This document shows, one piece after another, positions 1-10,199 of a DNA stretch of 64,000 nucleotides (position 1 is its first letter; the number at the start of each line of letters is the position of its first letter). The position numbers and the translations under genes are program-made. Location of the stretch: contig CAVXWP010000005.1 in the NCBI GenBank assembly GCA_963765495.1, positions 64,001-128,000 of the forward strand. The letters run 5' to 3'. Origin of the DNA: Blastocatellia bacterium. GTDB taxonomy: Bacteria; Acidobacteriota; Blastocatellia; UBA7656. A model generated the notes under the pieces. The model had not been told where the DNA came from, did not search any database, and worked only from the letters and a program-made list of their open reading frames with translations.

Positions 1-2
1 GC

Positions 3-167
3 ATAACCGCCTCAAACCTGATCATAAACCCCGGCGGCACTTCCATCACGGCAACGGTTACCGTCACCGGAGGCAGCGCGCTCGGAAGCCGGGTCGCAGT
101 CGTATCGGGCCCGAACGGTTCTTCGCTGGCTGTGGATACGGGTCTAAACACTATCGTCATTCAATAG
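3..167 (+). CDS. 3' end of a truncated gene, Ig-like/IPT-type beta-sandwich tail
   Basis: Open frame from the window edge, ITASNLIINPGGTSITATVTVTGGSALGSRVAVVSGPNGSS...IVIQ*, with TAG at 165-167; resembles the Ig-like modules of the downstream RHS protein. Confidence 0.6.
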   Translation: MTASNLIINPGGTSITATVTVTGGSALGSRVAVVSGPNGSSLAVDTGLNTIVIQ

Positions 168-265
168 CAGGGCCGGAGGGATTCGGTCTTTTATCCGCTC
201 TAACAGGCGGCTCTCAGCTTAGGCCAATCAAGCTGACAGCCATTTTCGGTAAGGAGAAGAAAGCC

Positions 266-1696
266 ATGTTTTCACTTTCAACGATTAGAAAATGGAATTT
301 GACGCTAACGCTTGCGATGCTTTCGGCGTTAGCCTTTTCGCCCGCGCGCGCTCAAAACAACAATTTTGAAAGCGGCTCGACGGGGGCCGATGGAGCGTTC
401 TCGCCTGCATCGAGCCAGACGATACAGGTTCCCGAAAGCGGGATATTCAATTACACGACCGTAAACATTCCCTCGGGCGTGACGATCACCTACACCCGCA
501 ATTCAAAAAATACGCCCGTTACTATCCTGGCCACAGGCAATGTCACTATCGCCGGGACTATCAATATAGACGGCAAAGGGGGCAACTCAAACGGGGGCGG
601 CGGGCTGGGAGGGCCGGGCGGGTTCAACGGCGGCGCGGCGGGTTTCGGGTTTGATACCTTTAACGGAACCACGGGCGACGGCCCCGGAGGCGGGGCGGGC
701 GGCGCAAGCACAAACGGAACCAACATAGGCGGCGGCGGTGGCGGCGGTTTTGCAAACGCCGGTGTAAACGGGAACGTGCAGAACGTGGGCACTACTGCCG
801 CGCAGGGCGGACCTCGCTACGGGTCGAGCACGCTGTTGCCCTTGATTGGCGGATCGGGCGGCGGCGGCGGCGGCGCGCTCACAGGCAAGACCAGCGGAGC
901 AGGCGGCGGCGGCGGCGGCGCGATACTGATTGCAAGCTCCAGCACTATCAATTTTACCGGGACCATCTTTGCTCGCGGTGGAAACGGGACTTTTATTACC
1001 CCCGGTAACGGCGCGTCGGGCGGCGGCGGCGCGGGCGGCGCGATCCGCCTCGTGGCCAACACAATCACCGGAGGCGGATCCCTTAATGTGACCGCAGGAA
1101 ACGGGTTCGCGGGCTTTGTCAATGAAGTGAGAGGCGGAAACGGAGGAGTCGGATACGTCAGAATAGAAGCGTTCGACTACACCGGGTTTAACCCGAGCGT
1201 GCCTTCGAATTCCATAACTTTTGCTTCGCCCAACCCGGCCATAGTGGCGAATGCGCCCTCGCTCAGGATCGCAACCGTAGCAGGAGTTGCCGCCCCCACC
1301 TCCCCGCTCGGCTCGCTTGCGGGCGTGCCCGATGTAGTGCTTCCGTCTACACAGGCCAACCCGGTAGCGGTCGTGATAGAGGGTACGAATGTGCCTGTAG
1401 GGACTATCATTGATGTCACAGTCATCCCCACCAACGGCACGCGATCAACCGTACAAAGCGACGGGCTGGCAGGCACAGAGGCGGCATCGTCGGCTACGGC
1501 TAACGTGACCTTGCCCGCGGGGATGAGCGTGCTGACGGCGACTGCCGTAATTGACCTGACGCAGGCAAGCGCCCAACCGATGTTTGTTGACGGCGAACGG
1601 GTTGATCGGATCGAGATAGCAGCCACCTACGGCGGAGCGTCCGAACTCACTTACGTCACACGAACGGGCAGGCGAATAAAGAAAGCCGGGTTGTAA
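266..1696 (+). CDS. Secreted glycine-rich protein (polyglycine repeats, C-terminal Ig-like domain and short tail)
   Basis: SD AAGGAG upstream; Sec signal ending ARA-Q; repeated GGGGG runs alternating with short beta strands. Confidence 0.8.
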   Translation: MFSLSTIRKWNLTLTLAMLSALAFSPARAQNNNFESGSTGADGAFSPASSQTIQVPESGIFNYTTVNIPSGVTITYTRNSKNTPVTILATGNVTIAGTINIDGKGGNSNGGGGLGGPGGFNGGAAGFGFDTFNGTTGDGPGGGAGGASTNGTNIGGGGGGGFANAGVNGNVQNVGTTAAQGGPRYGSSTLLPLIGGSGGGGGGALTGKTSGAGGGGGGAILIASSSTINFTGTIFARGGNGTFITPGNGASGGGGAGGAIRLVANTITGGGSLNVTAGNGFAGFVNEVRGGNGGVGYVRIEAFDYTGFNPSVPSNSITFASPNPAIVANAPSLRIATVAGVAAPTSPLGSLAGVPDVVLPSTQANPVAVVIEGTNVPVGTIIDVTVIPTNGTRSTVQSDGLAGTEAASSATANVTLPAGMSVLTATAVIDLTQASAQPMFVDGERVDRIEIAATYGGASELTYVTRTGRRIKKAGL

Positions 1697-1853
1697 GCGT
1701 CAATTGCCGCCCGCGTCCGATGTTTATCCGGCGTTAAGTGGCGCAAGGATAAACCGGGGGCAGCTTCTCGACAATCACGTGAGTTTTCCGGCCGATTGTT
1801 GAGGGCTGCTCGATGAAAATGATCCTTCTCAGAAAACGAATGGGGACCGAAGC

Positions 1854-4800
1854 ATGAAGATCAGCTTTGACATCGATTATATTAAAATCGCCCGTATAAT
1901 CGCGCGAAAGAAGACCATAGGTTCAAATCGAGCATTGCGCCGCAAAGCAGGACTGAGCAGGTTTGCGCGGCGACCGGCTCGGGGCGCTGATTCGATCATC
2001 CCCTTTCGTCTGTCACTCCTGACAATGACCGCAATGCTGCTGTTGACCGCATTGATCTGTCAATCATTCTCTCCTCTCGTTATCGCGGCCAGTCACGAGA
2101 AATCGGGTAGCGGCAGGGCGGGCAGCCGGACAAGGTCAGGCGCGCAGAGCGCAGGCACGATAACCGTTTATGGGCCACGCCAGTTCACCCGGCAGACGGG
2201 GCCGCCAACGACCGTCACCGAACAGTTTTCATTGCCAGCCAATGCTGCCGCGCCTTTTACGATCCTGGTCGAAAACGGCGCGCCCGACGGCTCCAACCGC
2301 GTATCGAGCGCCACGATCACTCTCAACGGCGCCACTCTTTATTCGCAAAACGATTTCAACCACAACGTGGCGTCACTCACGCGAACGGTGACGCTTACTG
2401 CCTCAAATACTCTCCAAGTTAGAATCGCAAGTTCACCCGGTTCTTTCCTTAAAATCACGTTTACTGCCGGGGTAGCTGCGCTCGAATCGGTGGAACCTTC
2501 GTCCGCTTTTCAGGGGCAGACACTAAACGTCACATTGCACGGGCACAGTACAAGCTGGGTCGCGGGGCAAACTCGCGCTTCGCTTGGAGGCGAGGTCTCG
2601 GTCGGAGGAGTTGCACCGGGCGAACTGGGCCCGGTGACGGTCATCAACGCGACCACAGCCGAAGCCCTTGTCACGGTGCAGCCTACCGCTGCTCTTGCGC
2701 CTCGGGCGGCGCTCGTGATGACCGACCCGCAGGCGGGCAACCCCGGTCAAACGGTCGCTCTGGCCGACGCATTCAAGGTAGAGGCCGCAACCCCTCCGGG
2801 CGCTTCGGAAGCTGCCGTGACGACTATAGCCGGTATCGGAGGCGTGGCAGGCTTTGCCGATGGCCCGGCTTTTCAGGCGCAGTTTCGCGATCTTGCGGGC
2901 ATAGCCGTTGGCCCCGATGATTCCATCTATGTTGCCGATGCCGGAAATAACCGCATCCGCAAAGTCCGCAACCAGCCCGACTCTTCGGGCTCGCCTTCTT
3001 TGATTGTTTCGACCCTTGCCGGTGACGGCGCAGCCGATTTTGCCGACGGATCGGGGGCCTCGGCTCACTTCAACAATCCGCAGGGCGTCGCAGTCGATTC
3101 GGGTGGAATCGTCTATGTGGCAGACACCGGCAACAATCGCATCCGGCGCATCAACGCCGACGGCTCGGTCGTTACAATCGCGGGCGGCAGTACACCGGGA
3201 TTTGTGGATGGAGCGGGCGCTCAGGCGCGCTTCAATGCGCCTCGGGGAGTGGCCATCGATAATCTGGGCAATGTATACGTGGCAGACACGGGCAATTCGT
3301 CCGTGAGATTGATCAATGCGGGCGGGGTCGTGGGCACGGTAGCCGGAGATGGAACCATCGGCTCGAATGACTCGCCCAATGCCCGGTTCGATGGATTGAC
3401 CGGGGTGGCCGTTCACGAGATGAGCCTTTATGTATATCTGGCCGATGCGGGCAATCACCGCATTCGCAGGCTCGCTCCGCAAGGGACGGTAATAACAATC
3501 GCGGGCGCGGAACGGGGATTCGCGGACGGGTCATCGGGAGAGGCGCGCTTTGCCGACCCGGCCGGGATAGCCATTGACGGGGCCGGAAAAATTATCGTGG
3601 CCGATGCCATTAACTCGCTTGTGAGGCTGGTTGACCCTGACCTTGCAGCCACGAACTCTCCGTCGGCAATTACGACCATCGCGGGTACGGGCGAGAGGGG
3701 CTTGACGGACGGGGCAGGTAACCTGGCGCGTTTCTTCACGCCCAGAGGCGTGGCCGTAAGTTTGTCGAGTGCCATAATCGTGGCCGATACGGCAAATAAT
3801 GTCTTGCGGCAGATATTGCTGCCGCCCGCTATCAGATCAATCTCGCCCGATAGCGGCTCTCTTCTCCAAACTGTGACGATAGATGGAGAGCGATTCGACG
3901 CCCGCTCGACAACTGCGAACACGGTCCGCTTCAGCCGCACAGGCGGAGGTCAGTCTGTGGCGCAGGTAAGCTCGGCAACGCGAACCCGACTGACCGTCAC
4001 CGTGCCGCAGGATGCGGTGAGCGGCCCTGTGACGGTCGAGACACGCGGAGGTACGAGCAACTCTATAAACTTCCAGGTCATAACCGCAGGGCCGGTGATA
4101 AATGATTTCACTCCTCGAAGCGGACAGATAGGAAGCGTCGTCACATTGACCGGCTCAGGGCTGAAAGCAGAGATAGGGCCGACAACAGTGACATTTGCGG
4201 GCAGCGGGGGCGCGAGGCTTCAGGCTCTGGCTACCCTTGTTACGCCTGCGGAGGTTCAGGTCATCGTGCCGAACGCGGCGGTAACGGGCCTAATCGAATT
4301 ATCGAATGCTTTGGGAAGCACTTCGACCGCAAGCCCCTTCACCGTTGAGCCGGGGGATGAAGATTATCAACTCACGATAGCCCCCTCTTCGGCTACGACT
4401 GTTCAACGCAGCACGGCCACCTATGTCGTTTACGTGACGAGTTCGCTTTCGACTTTCAGCCAGCTTGTGAGCCTTTCGGCAACCGGGCTGCCTCCGGGAG
4501 TTGAGGCGACGTTTACGCCGGACCAGATAACTGCGGGGGCAACCTCCATCCTCAGCGTGAGCCTTGCCAATGTAGACCTCGCGGCGGGCAGTTATTCATT
4601 CACGATCCAGGGAAGCGGACAGATAAACGGAAGCGAGCTTGTGAGGTCGGCTTCGGCCACGCTTACGGTACTGGCCGGAGGGCAGACGACCTTATCAGGC
4701 AGAGTGCTCTCGACCGAGCAGGAACCGATAATGGGGGCGACCGTATCGCTTGACGGCAAGACCGTGACGACAGATGCCGCAGGAGCATTCCTGTTGAGTG

Positions 4801-7800
4801 GAGTGACGGCGGGAGTAGACCGGGCATTGATGGTGGACGGGCGCACGGCCTCTGCGCCTGCGCGAACCTACCCGGTGATAATCGAGCCCGCGACTATCGT
4901 GGCAGGTCAGGCCAATGTGGTGCCCTACACATTTTATCTGCCCGCTATAGACACCCAGTATGAAGTGGAAGTAGTGCCCGGCCAGACGACTATGGTGGAA
5001 AACCCGCGTGTGCCCGGACTTGAAATGATGGTCCCGGCGGGAGCTAATTTGAGGAACCGGGACGGGAGCGCCGTAGCGAGGGTATCAATCACGCCGATTG
5101 CGATAGATCGTACGCCTGCGCCGTTGCCCGCGAATGTGGGAACAAACATGGTGTTCACGAGCCAGCCGGGAGGGGCGGTATCCGACATTGCGATGCCGGT
5201 AGTATATCCGAATCTCACGGGAGCAGACCCCGATACGAGAATAGAGTTGTACGCCTTCAATCACGACACTGCTCAGTGGTACGTATACGGGTACGGCAGG
5301 GTCAGCGCGGACGGGCGGCGCATAGAGCCGGAGATAGACCCGGCGACGGGTCGGCAGTATGGGTTGAGAGACTTTTCGTGGCATTTCCCAAACGCCGCGC
5401 CTGACGGCAATCCAAGCGACCCGGATTGCAATAATCAGACAAACAACACGGTTGATCTCTCTACGGGCGTCAAGATAGAACGGACGACCGACATCGAATT
5501 TAGCGGTGCCAGGGGAGGTCTGTCACTGACCCGTATCTACACAAGCGATCTGGCGGGGTTATGTGACTTTTGTCCGTTTGGGCGGGGCACCACTCACAAC
5601 TATGCCATACGTTTGACCGGCACTTTTCAATCGGGAGGCGCAGGGCGCGTAGTCTTTCCCGATCAAAGGACCGGCAGATTATTCAGTTATGTCGGAACCG
5701 ATTCCGATGGTGCGCTTTTATTCTCTTCGACCGCGACGGTTTCGCAACTCGGCGATCTGGTCAGAAAGTTGTCGAACGGCACTTTTGAGTACAGATACGC
5801 AAACGGCAACCTGCTCCGATTCGATTCAAACGGCAGGCTGACGGCGATGGTTGATCGAAACGGCAACACGACTTCGCTCAGCTATACCGGCTCAAACCTT
5901 ACACAGATCACTGATGCGGTTGGGCGCTCGATCACGCTCAATTACGATTCTTCGGGTCGCATTATAAGAGCCACGGATCCGCTGGGCCGAATCTGGAGAT
6001 ACACGTATGAAGGGACGCCGGGTGTGGCGGGTGCTCCGGGGCTGACGACCGTGACCGATCCGCTAAACAATGTCGTGCGATACGCATACGTGACCGGAGG
6101 GCGACTGGCATCGGTAACCGATAAGCGGGGCATAGTAACGAAGCAACTCACTTATGACGTAAGCGGGCGTGTGATAGAACAGCGGTTTGCCGCGGGAGGA
6201 TTCGAAGAATACACCTACGGGCTTTCGGGTGTGAGCGTCACTTCGGTTACGGTTACGGATTCGCTTGGCCGCTCGATCAGCAAGCGATTCAATGCCAGCG
6301 GATATGTAACGGGGCTGACCGATTCGCTCGGACAAAGCTCGCGCATAGAGCGCGACATTTCGACCAACGAACCGATGTCCACGACAGGCCCGTGCGGGTG
6401 CGCGGAGGCGACACGGCAGTTTGACAGTCGAGGCAACGCGGTGGCGACGACAGACCGAACGGGCCAGACGACACAGTTCGAGTATGATCCTGTCTTTAAT
6501 AACGTCTCAAAGATAACCGACAAGGCCGGCCATGTGACAAGGCTCGCTTACGACACGCGGGGGAATCTGATTTCCCTGACCGACGCGCTGAATCAGACGA
6601 CCACGCTCGCCTATGATTCATTTGGAGAATTGCTCGGCAGCACGGACCCGCTTGGCCATACGACACAGATTGAGTACGACGCCTTCGGGAACGTGTCAGC
6701 ATTTATTGATGCTCTGGGAAATCGCACCGTCATCGAGCATGACCTGATTGGAAGACCCATCTCTGCCACGGACCCGCTTGGTCGCCGCGCCAGCAAGACA
6801 TATGACGCACTCGACCGAATCACATCTACTACCAACCCCGACGGGGCTACCAGCCTCTACACTTTTGACCCAACCGGCAATTTAATTACCTCTGCCGATG
6901 CGCTGCAAAACCAGACAAGAGCAGCCTATGATGCAAGGAACCGTATGGTATCTATAACCGATGCCATAGGCCGTGTCGGTAGAATCGAATATGATACGGA
7001 AAATCATATTACTTCCTTGATCTCGGCTTCGGGCCGCATATTGCGCTATACCTACAATAAGCGCGGAGATGTAATAACCGTCACTGATCCGCTTGGCGCG
7101 ATAACGCGCTTTACCTATGACAACCGAAGGAACCTCATCAGCGTTGTGGATCAGCGTGGGAATACTACAACCTACACCTACGACGAATTATCGCGTTTGA
7201 TCTCCATACGCGATCCGCTCGGTCAAATCTCCAGGGTTAGCTATGACAATGTCGACAATATCACAGAGAGCGTGGACCGTCTGGGTCGCCGCACCGATTT
7301 TAACTATGATGCTGTAAATCGTCTCACCCGTGCTGCATATACTGATGCGGTCGTCACATACAATTATGATGCGGCATCAAGGCTGATCCGCGTTGATGAC
7401 ACGCAATCCGGCAGTATTCAATGGGGCTACGACAATGCAGACAGACTGCTTTCGGAAACTACGCCGACGGGCATCGTGACCTATGCCTATAATGATGCCG
7501 GGCAGCCTGTTTCAATGAATGTTACAGGCCGTCCTGATGTAGGCTACGGCTATGATGTAGCAGGCAGAGTAAGAAGCATTTCTCAGGGGGCGGAAACTTT
7601 TACTTACACCTACGATGCGCTTTCGCGACTGAGTGCTCTTGAACGGCCCAACGGTGTGACTACACATTACAGTTATGATGGGGTCAATCGGCCCACAAGG
7701 ATTTTGCATGAGAACGCGCAAAGCCAGCCTGTTGAAGATTATAATTACACCTACAACGCAGATAACGAAATAATCTCCATCGACTCGCTCACATCAGCCC

Positions 7801-9140
7801 AGTTATTACCCTCAGCCCTGAATGTAGGTCCGGCTGATGCTTCAAATCGAATAACTCAATTCGGCTCGGCCAGCTTTGGTTACGATGCTCAGGGGCAGAC
7901 CGTCTCGAAGACAGATACACAGGGCACAACCGCCTACGAGTGGGATGCCCGTGGAAGAATGAAGCGGGCGACCCTTCCCGACGGGCAAAGCGTAAATTAC
8001 GGGTACGACGCGCTGGGGCGGCTTGTAAGCAGAACCGCCGGAGGAGTGACCACCAGTTTCCTTTATGATCGCCTCGATGTTGTGCAAGACAGGGGCAGTG
8101 ATGGGAGTCAGGTAGACTACCTGAACGGCCCCGGGATTGATGATAAGCTGCGTCAATCGAATTCGGGACAGGGACCGCTTTACTTTCTTCAGGATCATCT
8201 GGGCAGCACTACGGCATTGACCGATGCAAATGGGAATGTCATTGAACGCATTCAATATGACCCATTCGGGAACAGCAACGGCAGCGCACTGAGCAGGTAT
8301 GGTTTCACAGGCAGGGAGCGGGATGCTGACACCGGATTGATGTATCACCGGGCGCGATGGTACGACCCGCAAAATGGAAGATTCCAAACACAGGACCCGA
8401 TAGGATTTGCCGGTGGATTAAACTTGTATGCGTATGTATTAAATAATCCTTTGAGCTTCTACGATCCTACCGGTCTTTCACTCTTAACGTTCTTTGAAGG
8501 TTTTGCCAGAGGGCTGGTTGTCAGTGGTCTCAGTAGTTTTACCATTGCCTTTGTGCTTGCTGGTCTGGGTCTATCTGGCGGGATACCTGGCGCAATCATA
8601 CTCGGCATCTCTGTAGGGTTAGCTGCGGCATTACTCCTGGCAGCCATTGATAATCTTTTACACGGGAACCTGTGCCCGGATGAGCGTGACAGATTAATAG
8701 GCGAACTGTTGGGGGGACTGATCGGAGGGGCGCTCGGCGGAGCAGCAGGTGGGGCTGCGGGTGGAAGGCTTAACGGGGGAGCAGGACCAGGCTCAGGTCC
8801 CGCTGAAACGGGCGGCCCTCCAGGTAATGGTCCAAATCCCGGAGGCCCAAGAACACTCGAACCGGGTCCTAATGCGGGAGAATCGATTCCTGCACGCGGA
8901 CCTCAAAGAGATTTTACATCTGGCGAACGAGATGCAATAAACCGAATCGGACAGGAGACTGGCTGCCACACTTGCGGCTCTACCAATCCGGGCACTAAGA
9001 GTGGTAACTTTATACCTGACCATCAACCACCGAATGGTCTCAATCCGAATAACGGTCCGCAGGAACTCTACCCGCATTGCTTAAATTGCAGCCGGGTTCA
9101 AGGAGGTGAAGTGAGACAGGCTACGAGAGGGCGTCCATGA
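1854..9140 (+). CDS. Giant RHS/YD-repeat polymorphic toxin with NHL propeller, IPT/TIG and carboxypeptidase-regulatory-like domains and an HNH-like C-terminal toxin
   Basis: NHL repeats (FNNPQGVAVD..VYVADTGNNRIR); IPT starts (PAIRSISP, PVINDFTP); many YD repeats; RHS core YFLQDHLGS...RWYDPQNGRFQTQDPIG...YDPTGL; tip CHTC...DHQPP...HCLNC. Confidence 0.9.
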   Translation: MKISFDIDYIKIARIIARKKTIGSNRALRRKAGLSRFARRPARGADSIIPFRLSLLTMTAMLLLTALICQSFSPLVIAASHEKSGSGRAGSRTRSGAQSAGTITVYGPRQFTRQTGPPTTVTEQFSLPANAAAPFTILVENGAPDGSNRVSSATITLNGATLYSQNDFNHNVASLTRTVTLTASNTLQVRIASSPGSFLKITFTAGVAALESVEPSSAFQGQTLNVTLHGHSTSWVAGQTRASLGGEVSVGGVAPGELGPVTVINATTAEALVTVQPTAALAPRAALVMTDPQAGNPGQTVALADAFKVEAATPPGASEAAVTTIAGIGGVAGFADGPAFQAQFRDLAGIAVGPDDSIYVADAGNNRIRKVRNQPDSSGSPSLIVSTLAGDGAADFADGSGASAHFNNPQGVAVDSGGIVYVADTGNNRIRRINADGSVVTIAGGSTPGFVDGAGAQARFNAPRGVAIDNLGNVYVADTGNSSVRLINAGGVVGTVAGDGTIGSNDSPNARFDGLTGVAVHEMSLYVYLADAGNHRIRRLAPQGTVITIAGAERGFADGSSGEARFADPAGIAIDGAGKIIVADAINSLVRLVDPDLAATNSPSAITTIAGTGERGLTDGAGNLARFFTPRGVAVSLSSAIIVADTANNVLRQILLPPAIRSISPDSGSLLQTVTIDGERFDARSTTANTVRFSRTGGGQSVAQVSSATRTRLTVTVPQDAVSGPVTVETRGGTSNSINFQVITAGPVINDFTPRSGQIGSVVTLTGSGLKAEIGPTTVTFAGSGGARLQALATLVTPAEVQVIVPNAAVTGLIELSNALGSTSTASPFTVEPGDEDYQLTIAPSSATTVQRSTATYVVYVTSSLSTFSQLVSLSATGLPPGVEATFTPDQITAGATSILSVSLANVDLAAGSYSFTIQGSGQINGSELVRSASATLTVLAGGQTTLSGRVLSTEQEPIMGATVSLDGKTVTTDAAGAFLLSGVTAGVDRALMVDGRTASAPARTYPVIIEPATIVAGQANVVPYTFYLPAIDTQYEVEVVPGQTTMVENPRVPGLEMMVPAGANLRNRDGSAVARVSITPIAIDRTPAPLPANVGTNMVFTSQPGGAVSDIAMPVVYPNLTGADPDTRIELYAFNHDTAQWYVYGYGRVSADGRRIEPEIDPATGRQYGLRDFSWHFPNAAPDGNPSDPDCNNQTNNTVDLSTGVKIERTTDIEFSGARGGLSLTRIYTSDLAGLCDFCPFGRGTTHNYAIRLTGTFQSGGAGRVVFPDQRTGRLFSYVGTDSDGALLFSSTATVSQLGDLVRKLSNGTFEYRYANGNLLRFDSNGRLTAMVDRNGNTTSLSYTGSNLTQITDAVGRSITLNYDSSGRIIRATDPLGRIWRYTYEGTPGVAGAPGLTTVTDPLNNVVRYAYVTGGRLASVTDKRGIVTKQLTYDVSGRVIEQRFAAGGFEEYTYGLSGVSVTSVTVTDSLGRSISKRFNASGYVTGLTDSLGQSSRIERDISTNEPMSTTGPCGCAEATRQFDSRGNAVATTDRTGQTTQFEYDPVFNNVSKITDKAGHVTRLAYDTRGNLISLTDALNQTTTLAYDSFGELLGSTDPLGHTTQIEYDAFGNVSAFIDALGNRTVIEHDLIGRPISATDPLGRRASKTYDALDRITSTTNPDGATSLYTFDPTGNLITSADALQNQTRAAYDARNRMVSITDAIGRVGRIEYDTENHITSLISASGRILRYTYNKRGDVITVTDPLGAITRFTYDNRRNLISVVDQRGNTTTYTYDELSRLISIRDPLGQISRVSYDNVDNITESVDRLGRRTDFNYDAVNRLTRAAYTDAVVTYNYDAASRLIRVDDTQSGSIQWGYDNADRLLSETTPTGIVTYAYNDAGQPVSMNVTGRPDVGYGYDVAGRVRSISQGAETFTYTYDALSRLSALERPNGVTTHYSYDGVNRPTRILHENAQSQPVEDYNYTYNADNEIISIDSLTSAQLLPSALNVGPADASNRITQFGSASFGYDAQGQTVSKTDTQGTTAYEWDARGRMKRATLPDGQSVNYGYDALGRLVSRTAGGVTTSFLYDRLDVVQDRGSDGSQVDYLNGPGIDDKLRQSNSGQGPLYFLQDHLGSTTALTDANGNVIERIQYDPFGNSNGSALSRYGFTGRERDADTGLMYHRARWYDPQNGRFQTQDPIGFAGGLNLYAYVLNNPLSFYDPTGLSLLTFFEGFARGLVVSGLSSFTIAFVLAGLGLSGGIPGAIILGISVGLAAALLLAAIDNLLHGNLCPDERDRLIGELLGGLIGGALGGAAGGAAGGRLNGGAGPGSGPAETGGPPGNGPNPGGPRTLEPGPNAGESIPARGPQRDFTSGERDAINRIGQETGCHTCGSTNPGTKSGNFIPDHQPPNGLNPNNGPQELYPHCLNCSRVQGGEVRQATRGRP

Positions 9141-9787
9141 AGCAGCCGGGGGGTGTTGAACTTATTGCCGATGAACTTCGCGTCAAGACCAGTGGGCTTG
9201 CGGCGCGTGACCGCCATGAGTTGAGTGTAAAAGTGACTGATCCTCTCCTGCTTGGCGAAGTCGAAAGCTACTTACATTATGTACTGTCGTATATGACAGA
9301 CCACAACGCAAGGATTCAGCCAGGCGAGACTCTGGCTTATGGCTACTGGCTTACAAAGTTTGAGCTAGGAGACGACCGCTTCTTACATGCCTGGGAATAC
9401 AATGCCGAAGCTACGGACTTCGTCCCGGCCCTGACACTCACACTGACCTATTGGCGCGATCAGCATGAGATTTGCGAAAGATTCGGTGCGCATTTCCTGC
9501 CCCCGCGACCGGACCAACTCGCCGTCATCTCAGAAGGGGTTCTTGAGGGCGATCCGCTTCAGGGCGTGCGATACCCTTCTCCCGACCATATGTCCGGCTG
9601 GTGGTTAACCACAGACCGCTACAACGGCGACATTAAATCATTAAGACGCGAGCATCTTTACCACGTTACAGCGGCCAGGCCCGATCTTGCTCGCTATGTG
9701 GCGCTGCCTTACGGTTTTCGCTTCGATCTGGCACATGAAGAAGATATCTGGTTTGACAAGGATGTGGCCGGCCAGTCTTATAAATGA
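9137..9787 (+). CDS. Probable immunity protein (Imm33/DUF2185-like C-terminal domain)
   Basis: ATGA overlap with the RHS stop; motif GVRYPSPDHMSGWWL...HLYHV...ALPYGFRF. Confidence 0.7.
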   Translation: MKQPGGVELIADELRVKTSGLAARDRHELSVKVTDPLLLGEVESYLHYVLSYMTDHNARIQPGETLAYGYWLTKFELGDDRFLHAWEYNAEATDFVPALTLTLTYWRDQHEICERFGAHFLPPRPDQLAVISEGVLEGDPLQGVRYPSPDHMSGWWLTTDRYNGDIKSLRREHLYHVTAARPDLARYVALPYGFRFDLAHEEDIWFDKDVAGQSYK

Positions 9788-10107
9788 GAACTGTCACGGC
9801 AAAAGATGCAGGCAGGGTTTTAGCTTTAAGTCGAATCAACCACCAATATTGCATAGTCCGATTCAAGCCCATAAATGAGTCTGGTGAAAACAGAGGGTCA
9901 GCCATGAACAAGTAGTTTTGAGACAGCTTCCTGGCTTGCGTCAAATTTCATTTCGACCCGGCACACGATTGAATACGTTTCAAAGTGACAGTCCCGGCCC
10001 ACTCTCAGCAAAAGCAGGCAAACAACCTCTGACAGGCTTTGTAAAACACAGGGAAGTAAATTATCCTTTTATATTCGGAAAGTTTATGCTGTCCGGTCAA
10101 TATATGG

Positions 10108-10137
10108 TTGATGATACTACCAAATCTACACTATAGT
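10108..10137 (+). promoter_or_regulatory. Putative sigma70 promoter of smc
   Basis: TTGATG-N18-TATAGT in the AT-rich region before smc. Confidence 0.4.
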
Positions 10138-10199
10138 GTGGCAGATTTTTTCTAATATTCTATTTGTAGTGGTTGGCCCCGGTCGCCACGAGGTTTTGG

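Noticed and set aside
266-1696. PE-PGRS or collagen assignment
   Set aside because: No PE domain and no Gly-X-Y periodicity
9787-10199. Short ORFs or an orphan toxin/immunity module after the immunity gene
   Set aside because: No RHS core remnant or recognisable domain; looks like the AT-rich promoter region of smc
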